Of a stretch of DNA of 64,000 bases, positions 57,473-64,000 are shown in pieces; the first letter of the stretch is position 1, and each line of letters begins with the position of its first letter. Both the position numbers and the translations under genes were made by a program. Source of the DNA: an uncultured Nitrospiraceae bacterium. GTDB lineage: Bacteria; Nitrospirota; Nitrospiria; Nitrospirales; UBA2166. The notes below the pieces were generated by a model. The model did no database searches and had not been told where the DNA came from. It saw nothing but the letters and a program-made list of their open reading frames with translations. Location of the stretch: NCBI GenBank assembly GCA_964463965.1, contig CAYXED010000007.1, positions 4,661 through 68,660 on the forward strand, written 5' to 3'.

Positions 57473-57639
57473 AAGAAGAGTGATTCTTCTGAATTTATTG
57501 TAACATAGTGCTTGTAATCTCACTAAAATATTTAATAATTTCTATCAATGTCTTTAATCAAAACTAATATTTTTATGCGATTTGTTTTTTGGCTATTATT
57601 CGACAATATTCTCCCTAATTGCTAGGGTACTGGAAGCGT

Positions 57640-59376
57640 ATGAGTGACAAGCCCAAAAAAACATTTCCTGGAAATAAAAATAAAATTTCCTCTCAGGATG
57701 AAAGTACTGATGAGAATGTATTTTCTCTACTTGATGAGTGTCTAGCTTCGATTTCTGAGGACTCACCCCATCAGGAACAGTTGTATAAGATTCGCCATCA
57801 CCTTTTACAGGAAGGTGCAAAATACGACCATCAAAAAACAGAACTTAAAAAACTTGAGACGGTTGTTGAAAAACTCACTGCTCCTGCCAATCGCATTGGA
57901 ACACTTCTTGATATACATACAGACGGTCTTGTCCAAATTTTTGTAGGAGGAAGCGAGTTTTATACTAATCTTGATCCTCGCTTATCAAGCACTGAATTGA
58001 AGCGTGGTGCTCAGGTATTGATTAATGAGTCGTATGCCGTAATTAAAACCTTAGGATATGATCGAAGTGGTCCAATTGTAAAAATTGGTGATGTATTGAA
58101 GGATGGTCGTTTGCGGATTGATCAAGAACCTGGACGTCCAGGAGTTTTTTTAGGTAGAGGATCTGATTTGGAAGGATTGCATCTAAAGCCTGGTGACGAA
58201 ATTCGACTTGATCCCAGTCACAGGCTTGCAATTGAGTATGTCTCATCATCTAAATCACAGCAGCATTTGCTCGATGAGCCTCCAAGTGTGTCATGGGAAG
58301 AAATAGGTGGTCAGGAAGAAGCAATTTCATCAATTCGACGAGCAATAGAGCATCCCCTTTTACACGCGGGTATATTTTCACAATACGATTTTTCCCAACC
58401 AAAAGGCTTTCTTCTTTATGGACCACCTGGATGTGGCAAAACACTTATTGGACAGGCGACAGCAAATAGTTTGGCCCAATTATTAAAAGACCCTCCAACT
58501 GAGAACTTTGTACACGAAGGCTCTTTCACTAATGCAATTTCATCTGGGGCTTTTCTCCATATTAAAGGGCCTGAAATTTTGAATATGTGGGTAGGGGAGT
58601 CTGAGCGAATTATTCGAGGCCTTTTTCAACAAGCACGCGAACGACGAAAGGCAGGAGCTTTACCATTCCTTTTTATTGATGAAGCAGAGTCAATTCTTGG
58701 AACTCGCCGAGCTATGCGATCATATAATATTTCAAATACTCTTGTTCCAATGTTTTGTGCAGAGTTAGATGGGATTGAGTCGCTTCATGATGTTGTGGTG
58801 ATTTTGGCATCGAACAGACCTGATCTTATTGACCCTGCTATTCTTCGCCCAGGGCGAATTGATCGGAAAATTAAAGTTCGACGGCCAAGTAGAAGGGAAG
58901 CGGAAAACATTCTGAGAATTTATTTACCATCCACTCTTCCCTTTGATAAAAGACTTTTAAAAACCCTAAACAATGACTCAGATTGTGTTAGGGATACTTT
59001 GATTGATGATATTCTAGGAAAAGTTTATTCTCGCGATAAAAAATCTCGTGTTCTTTCGATACGTTTACGTAATGGGAAGCGTGAAATTCTTTACCGTGAT
59101 GATGTGATAAGTGGCGCAATTTTAGCGTCCATAGTTTGTCGAATAAAAGAGCTTGCAATTAAAAGAACGATTGTAGATTCGTCTGCTGGAATTTTGCGCG
59201 ATGATGTTTCACTTGCCGTCGAAAATGAGTATGCCGAAGGAGGAATTCTTCCCCCTGATGACTCCGCGGAAGAGTGGCTTAAACTTCTTGATCATCATCC
59301 TGATCAAGTTGTGGGAATTTCCCCGCTTCGAAACTTTGGGATGGAGCAGGAATTACTAGTCAAAAATATCGTCTAA
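57640..59376 (+). CDS. mpa: Proteasome-associated AAA ATPase Mpa/ARC
   Basis: It has an N-terminal coiled coil and a double OB region. Walker A is GPPGCGKT, Walker B is FLFIDEAES, and the second region of homology is ASNRPDLIDPAILRPGRIDRKI. The start is ATG 57640 (alternative TTG 57619). Confidence 0.85.
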   Translation: MSDKPKKTFPGNKNKISSQDESTDENVFSLLDECLASISEDSPHQEQLYKIRHHLLQEGAKYDHQKTELKKLETVVEKLTAPANRIGTLLDIHTDGLVQIFVGGSEFYTNLDPRLSSTELKRGAQVLINESYAVIKTLGYDRSGPIVKIGDVLKDGRLRIDQEPGRPGVFLGRGSDLEGLHLKPGDEIRLDPSHRLAIEYVSSSKSQQHLLDEPPSVSWEEIGGQEEAISSIRRAIEHPLLHAGIFSQYDFSQPKGFLLYGPPGCGKTLIGQATANSLAQLLKDPPTENFVHEGSFTNAISSGAFLHIKGPEILNMWVGESERIIRGLFQQARERRKAGALPFLFIDEAESILGTRRAMRSYNISNTLVPMFCAELDGIESLHDVVVILASNRPDLIDPAILRPGRIDRKIKVRRPSRREAENILRIYLPSTLPFDKRLLKTLNNDSDCVRDTLIDDILGKVYSRDKKSRVLSIRLRNGKREILYRDDVISGAILASIVCRIKELAIKRTIVDSSAGILRDDVSLAVENEYAEGGILPPDDSAEEWLKLLDHHPDQVVGISPLRNFGMEQELLVKNIV

Positions 59377-59445
59377 TGAAGACTGCTGAGCGTTCTATTT
59401 CTTTTTTACCCACTAACTTTAATTTCTTTTAGGGGTTTAGTTTAC

Positions 59446-60951
59446 ATGGTTCCTATATTTGGTATCGAAACTGAATATGGGATTACCCGTGATGGGTTAT
59501 CCCATCTTGATCCTGTCGTAGAATCTATGGAGCTAGTACGTTCATATGTTCCTTCCCCCTTCAAGCAGTCTTGGGATTATGCAGGAGAGGACCCTCACAT
59601 AGATCAACGGGGCTTTAGGGTATCAAGTCTTCAGCAGGATTCTGAGGAAGCTGAGTTTGCAAAGTATGATTCAGAAAGACCTTTTTCTTTTCGAGAAATG
59701 AAAAGCGACCTAGTTCTTACAAATGGTGCACGGTACTATAATGATCACACGCATCCAGAGTATTCAACACCTGAATGCCGTTCAGTAATGGATCTTGTCG
59801 CACATGATCGTGCCGGCGAGAGAATACTCCTAGCTTCAGCAAAGCAACGGAATCAACTTCTTAACTCATCACCAGTTAAACTTTATAAGAATAATACAGA
59901 TTATCATGGGCATTCATATGGTTGTCACGAAAATTATCTTATTTCTCGAACCATTAACTTTGAAAAACTTGCTGCTTTGCTTATGGCATTTCTAGTTACA
60001 CGGCAAATTATTATAGGTGCTGGAAAGACTGGGATTGAAGCCCAAGACCATACCATACACAATGGGATTTTTCAGGTTTCGCAACGAGCTGATTTCATGG
60101 AAACTTTGTATAGTGTTGATACCATGCATGACAGGCCAATTCTAAATACACGAGATGAGCCTCATGCAAATAGAGAAAAGTTTCGGCGTTTGCATCTCAT
60201 ATCTGGGGATTCAAACATGGCAGAGTACGCGACAGCATTAAAAGTAGGTATTACTCGTGTAATCTTGGAAATGATTAATAAAGGTGTTTGTCCACTCATC
60301 GACTTACAGGATCCTGTTCGTGCTATGAAAGAGATATCTCAAGACACAATGCTTGAGCTTCTTTTGCCATGTAAAAACATGAATCCTCTTTCTGCTATTG
60401 ATGTGCAACGACGCTATCTTGATGTTGCTCTTAAAGAGATTTCTGGATGTGATGAGGAAACTGATTGGATACTTTGCGAGTGGGGTAATGTGCTTGATTT
60501 GCTTGTAAATGACCGCACTGCTTTAGTTGGCTCACTAGATTGGGTTACCAAATATTGGTTGCTTGAAACATTTATCGAGAGCGAAAAGATTGATTGGACA
60601 GATCCATGGTTAGTAAGTCTTGATCTCGAATATCATAATATTGATCCTAAACAAGGACTTTTTTTATCGCTTGAAAATACAGGAAATACTCGTCGAATAT
60701 GTACCGATGATCAAATTCACGCAGCAATGAATACTGGGCCATTAGATACACGTGCTGGTATTCGAGGTCTATGTATCTCAAAATTTAGTGATAAAGTTGA
60801 AGCTGTTCAATGGGAAAGAATATTTTTTAAAGGGGAAGGTTCCTCGAAAAATGTCTTAGAGATGGGAGACCTCTTTGACCTAGATGATATAAAAAAGTTA
60901 CGTGCTGCCGTCATGGAGACGTCAAGCCCATCTGTTCTTTGTGATTACTAG
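59446..60951 (+). CDS. dop: Pup deamidase/depupylase Dop
   Basis: 501 aa with FGIETEYG, WDYAGEDP...RGF, LTNGARYYNDHTHPEYSTPEC, GCHENYL and NTRDEPHA..EKFRRLHLISGDSNMAE. By eye it aligns with M. tuberculosis Dop better than with PafA. Confidence 0.8.
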   Translation: MVPIFGIETEYGITRDGLSHLDPVVESMELVRSYVPSPFKQSWDYAGEDPHIDQRGFRVSSLQQDSEEAEFAKYDSERPFSFREMKSDLVLTNGARYYNDHTHPEYSTPECRSVMDLVAHDRAGERILLASAKQRNQLLNSSPVKLYKNNTDYHGHSYGCHENYLISRTINFEKLAALLMAFLVTRQIIIGAGKTGIEAQDHTIHNGIFQVSQRADFMETLYSVDTMHDRPILNTRDEPHANREKFRRLHLISGDSNMAEYATALKVGITRVILEMINKGVCPLIDLQDPVRAMKEISQDTMLELLLPCKNMNPLSAIDVQRRYLDVALKEISGCDEETDWILCEWGNVLDLLVNDRTALVGSLDWVTKYWLLETFIESEKIDWTDPWLVSLDLEYHNIDPKQGLFLSLENTGNTRRICTDDQIHAAMNTGPLDTRAGIRGLCISKFSDKVEAVQWERIFFKGEGSSKNVLEMGDLFDLDDIKKLRAAVMETSSPSVLCDY

Positions 60952-60978
60952 GCCTATCCTTATCAGAAGGAGATGACA

Positions 60979-61212
60979 ATGTATAATAAATATCCATTTT
61001 ATGGTGACCCTGGAAAGGGAAGTCATTATTTGTTTGCCATGGAACGACGTGAGCATCCCATTGACCCTGGGCCTCGTCCCATATCTCCAAAAGATGATGT
61101 TGGCCCAAAAAAACCAGACTCTACCTCTCCGGAGAAAGACGAACTTCTAAAACGTATGCGAAAAGTAGATCCGAAACAAGCAGAGCGATACCGTCAGAGA
61201 ACGGGGGAATGA
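60979..61212 (+). CDS. pup: Prokaryotic ubiquitin-like protein, UBact-type (C-terminal ...RQRTGE)
   Basis: This small ORF lies between dop and prcB, and its stop overlaps the prcB start (ATGA). The C-terminus is DELLKRMRKVDPKQAERYRQRTGE. In-frame ATGs are at 60973, 60979 (AAGGAG 6 nt upstream) and 61039. Confidence 0.8.
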   Translation: MYNKYPFYGDPGKGSHYLFAMERREHPIDPGPRPISPKDDVGPKKPDSTSPEKDELLKRMRKVDPKQAERYRQRTGE

Positions 61213-62006
61213 CTATGTTGCGGCAAGGGGATTTTTTCCAGTTATTAAAGTCTAGTGGGCATAATTTTGCTACTTATTCCAAAAGTCTGGACACTTTTTC
61301 TCATAAAACAGACCTCCCTCTAACTACTGGGACTACTGTATTAGCTGTGAAATACTCTGAGGGTGTTATTGTTGCTGGAGACCGTCGAGCAACTGCGGGT
61401 AACATGGTAATGTATGATCGAACTGATAAAGTCATTGATATTGATCGTTACACCATTATGGCTATAGCTGGAGTTCCAGCTACAGCTTTTGAAATGGCTC
61501 GCATCCTTGAGCATTCCTTTAAATATTATCGGCGAAGTCAACTACAAGACCTTTCCTTTGAGGGTAAACTTCGTGCGTTAAGTAATCTATTAAAGGAAAA
61601 TGTTCCTGCAGCCTTGGCTGGGACTGGTGCAGTGGCACCAATTTTTGCTGGTTATGATAAGGAAAGAGAAGCTACGAAAATATATTTTTATGATATTCTT
61701 GGGGCAGAGTTTGAGGGCGTTGAGCATGCAATGTCAGGTTCAGGGTCATCAACAATTAAAGGGATTTTGCACTATATTAATCGTTGGGGAGGTACTCCCA
61801 TCAATAAATTTTCTGAAGATGAAGCGGTTACTCTCGTTTTACGCCTTTTGACAAGTGCAGCTGAGTTTGATGCTGCAACTGGGGGAGTTGACCATAATGC
61901 GGGTCTTTATCCACTAGTAAAAAAAATTACGAAAGAAGGAATTTCCATTATTGATGATAGTAACTTGAAGTCAATTTTTGAACAGCGGGTACTTCAAAAT
62001 GTATGA
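61209..62006 (+). CDS. prcB: 20S proteasome beta subunit
   Basis: 265 aa with a propeptide, then ...LTTG|TTVLAVKYSEGVIVAGDRRAT (N-terminal catalytic Thr context). Confidence 0.85.
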   Translation: MTMLRQGDFFQLLKSSGHNFATYSKSLDTFSHKTDLPLTTGTTVLAVKYSEGVIVAGDRRATAGNMVMYDRTDKVIDIDRYTIMAIAGVPATAFEMARILEHSFKYYRRSQLQDLSFEGKLRALSNLLKENVPAALAGTGAVAPIFAGYDKEREATKIYFYDILGAEFEGVEHAMSGSGSSTIKGILHYINRWGGTPINKFSEDEAVTLVLRLLTSAAEFDAATGGVDHNAGLYPLVKKITKEGISIIDDSNLKSIFEQRVLQNV

Positions 62007-62799
62007 AGAACCTTATCGCTGGGTTGAGGCAATTGAAAATCGACGCCAATACCTTAGTGATCAGTTAAAAAAAGGAACCCCTATTGTTTCACTGTCCTGT
62101 GGTGATGGAATTCTTGTTCTGACGTTTAATAGAGGAACTTTAAAACTATATGAAATTTATGATCGTATTGCTTTTGGTGGTATAGGGCATCCTGCCGATC
62201 TTGAAAAACTTCGTTTTCAGTTACTAGATTTAGCTCATGTTGAAGGTTTTAAGCGATCACCATCAGATGTTACTGGCTCACGTTTGGTAAAGTATGGAAT
62301 TGCCCCTGTTGTTAAAGATGCCTTTGAGGAAGTTTTTAAGGCACCATACATTAGCAAGGTTCTTATTTGTGAATTGAAGAGCCGTCCTGATTCTGATCAC
62401 TTTGTGCGTTTAGGTTATGATGGTGCGTTTGATGAGTCGAGTGAGCTTGCAATTGCTGCTGCTACCCCTGAAATTGAATCCACAATGGAACGGTATCTTA
62501 AGGGATCGCTTAAGGAAATCACTTTAGACCTAAACTCTGTTTTTTTATCAGCGCTCTTTACTTGGGCAGTGGGAGGGCTTTGCCAGACGGAGGATGCTTC
62601 TCAGAGTAACTTATCTGATCCTTCAAAGTATCCAGATGAGAAAAATATTATTGAATACCTTGAAATGTCCTTGCGGGATATGTCTCTTGAGTGTGTTTTT
62701 CTGAACCGAACTGCTTCTCAGGCCTCCCAATACCGAGAAATTTATCGTGATGAACTTGTGACTCTTCTTCCAAAATCTCTACAATATTTAATCAAATAA
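61999..62799 (+). CDS. prcA: 20S proteasome alpha subunit
   Basis: ATG 61999 overlaps the prcB stop (ATGTATGA). LYEIYDRIAFGGIGH and DVTGSRLV align by eye with actinobacterial PrcA (ELYDRVGFAAAGK, DVTGRQLA). Confidence 0.8.
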   Translation: MYEEPYRWVEAIENRRQYLSDQLKKGTPIVSLSCGDGILVLTFNRGTLKLYEIYDRIAFGGIGHPADLEKLRFQLLDLAHVEGFKRSPSDVTGSRLVKYGIAPVVKDAFEEVFKAPYISKVLICELKSRPDSDHFVRLGYDGAFDESSELAIAAATPEIESTMERYLKGSLKEITLDLNSVFLSALFTWAVGGLCQTEDASQSNLSDPSKYPDEKNIIEYLEMSLRDMSLECVFLNRTASQASQYREIYRDELVTLLPKSLQYLIK

Positions 62800-62819
62800 C
62801 ATGTAAATTATTTAAGAAA

Positions 62820-64000
62820 ATGCTAAATCGTATTTTTGGACTTGAGACTGAATATGGCCTCTTGATTAATACTGAGGATCCAACTCAGTCCCCATCATGG
62901 TTAGCGCGACGTATTATTGACCACATTTTTTACACTAAACGACATGGAGTCCTTGACCAACACCATAGAGGCTACGATGAACCGCCTGGGAATGGGGGGT
63001 TTCTTCGTAATGCTGGGCGTTTATATGTTGATATGGGGCACATCGAGTTTGCTACTCCAGAGTGCCACACTCTTGCCGATCTACTTGCAGTTGATCGTGC
63101 AGGTGATCAACTGATTCAGCAAGCACTTAATGACCTTGGTCTTCAAGAAACGGTTTCATTTATCAAAAATAATATTGATCACGAGACTGATGCTACCTTT
63201 GGTTCTCATGAAAATTATTTGGTAACACAAAAATTTCCTTTTCATCTCCAAGGACTTGATTTGCTTATTCCATTTTTAGTTACTAGACAAATTTTCACAG
63301 GTGCAGGGCGGGTGGGTTTGACTGATACTCCAGATGGTTGGTTTCCACTTGAGTCATTTGAAGAGGAACACTCCCCACTTCATACAAAGCTTGACCCAAA
63401 TGCCTTTTTTTTCCAAATATCACAACGATCAGATCATATTGTAAACGATTTTTTTGAATGGGTTCAACACAATCGAGCAATTGTAAACACTAGAGATGAG
63501 CCTCTAGCTGATCCAAATAAATTTAGAAGGATTCATCTTTTACTTGGAGATTCAAATCTCGCGGAGTTTGCAACTGCCTTAAAGATTGGAACAACTGGTC
63601 TTGTATTACAGCTTATTGAAGATGGATATGCGCCGCAAGGTTTAGAACTTGATGACCCTGTCCAGGCATTGAGAGCTATTTCGAGAGATCAGAAGCGAGA
63701 GTGGCTTGTAACATCTCGTGCCGGACAAGTATTTTCGGCATTTGATATTCAGGAAGAGTATTTATGTGCTGCCGAAAAGCAATATTCGGGCCAGGATGAT
63801 GAAACTAATTGGGTACTGCAAGAATGGCGTTTGGTATTATCTGACTTAAGAAACGGTTATGATAAAGTTGTAGGACGTGTTGATTGGGCCTCCAAGTTGT
63901 GGTTATTAGAGTCTTTCTGTTTGGCCGAAAATATTTTGTGGGATGATCCTTGGCTGCGCAGTCTGGACTTAGAATATCATAATATTAATCAAAACTCTGG
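62820..64000 (+). CDS. pafA: Pup--protein ligase PafA, 3' end off the window
   Basis: Not in the ORF track because no stop falls within the window. The frame is open from ATG 62820 to 64000. It has MLNRIFGLETEYG, FLRNAGRLYVDMGHIEFATPEC, GSHENYL and NTRDEPLADPNKFRRIHLLLGDSNLAEF. Confidence 0.85.
   Translation, partial: MLNRIFGLETEYGLLINTEDPTQSPSWLARRIIDHIFYTKRHGVLDQHHRGYDEPPGNGGFLRNAGRLYVDMGHIEFATPECHTLADLLAVDRAGDQLIQQALNDLGLQETVSFIKNNIDHETDATFGSHENYLVTQKFPFHLQGLDLLIPFLVTRQIFTGAGRVGLTDTPDGWFPLESFEEEHSPLHTKLDPNAFFFQISQRSDHIVNDFFEWVQHNRAIVNTRDEPLADPNKFRRIHLLLGDSNLAEFATALKIGTTGLVLQLIEDGYAPQGLELDDPVQALRAISRDQKREWLVTSRAGQVFSAFDIQEEYLCAAEKQYSGQDDETNWVLQEWRLVLSDLRNGYDKVVGRVDWASKLWLLESFCLAENILWDDPWLRSLDLEYHNINQNS

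Noticed and set aside
62917-63114. Listed 65-aa + strand ORF (MTTFFTLNDMESLT...).
   Set aside because: It lies out of frame inside the clearly conserved pafA reading frame, which is open from 62820 to the window end.
1-64000. Numerous antisense or alternative-frame ORFs of 60-126 aa in the track (for example 280-540, 3905-4237, 14716-15009, 34593-34973, 44265-44591, 55570-55950). I also searched for IS elements, integrases, CRISPR repeats, rRNA and additional tRNAs.
   Set aside because: The ORFs are embedded opposite to, or out of frame with, strongly supported genes and show no motifs. I found no transposase or integrase signatures, no regularly spaced direct repeats, and no further cloverleaf-compatible sequences by eye.

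Overview
This is a 64-kb, gene-dense, AT-leaning chromosomal segment (GC judged by eye, not computed) with about 65 CDS and one tRNA. I saw no IS element, prophage, CRISPR array or rRNA.

Gene content in order:
- 5'-truncated fused hydantoinase/oxoprolinase.
- Minus-strand aromatic 'supraoperon': pheA-hisC-tyrA-aroA-cmk-rpsA-sppA-ihfB.
- M23 peptidase + bactofilin pair.
- metK.
- System II cytochrome c biogenesis cluster: resB-ccsA-resA-tlpA-ccdA.
- tesA-like esterase divergent from an orphan ABC ATPase.
- aroE-ispE-prs-rplY-pth.
- rpsF-ssb-rpsR.
- yceD-rpmF-plsX-fabH-(FabL-like enoyl reductase)-fabD-fabG-acpP-fabF-rnc.
- Cyclophilin.
- Minus-strand murJ-fis-tRNA-Val-thrS-infC-rpmI-rplT-dmpA.
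- DUF192, rfaE-II, mfd.
- Two secreted hypothetical proteins.
- aroG.
- A co-directional envelope operon (47.8-55.1 kb) followed by a divergent EF-G paralogue.
- A complete Pup/UBact-proteasome locus, mpa-dop-pup-prcB-prcA-pafA, with pafA running off the right edge.

Most interesting observations:
1. The 47.8-55.1 kb operon encodes membrane, periplasmic and outer-membrane proteins with three His clusters, Cys pairs and a dedicated TlpA thioredoxin. It is a candidate undescribed metal-handling system.
2. A ~300-bp GC-rich, hairpin-dense island (57.17-57.48 kb) has no credible CDS. It is a candidate structured RNA or a foreign remnant.
3. The Pup has a UBact-type ...RQRTGE tail. By inference this suggests one of the few Gram-negative phyla that carry proteasomes (Nitrospirae, Nitrospinae, Verrucomicrobia and similar).
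4. Several start-codon and motif anomalies occur in pth, infC, ssb and the EF-G paralogue.

All functional calls rest on motifs read by eye. No database search was run.
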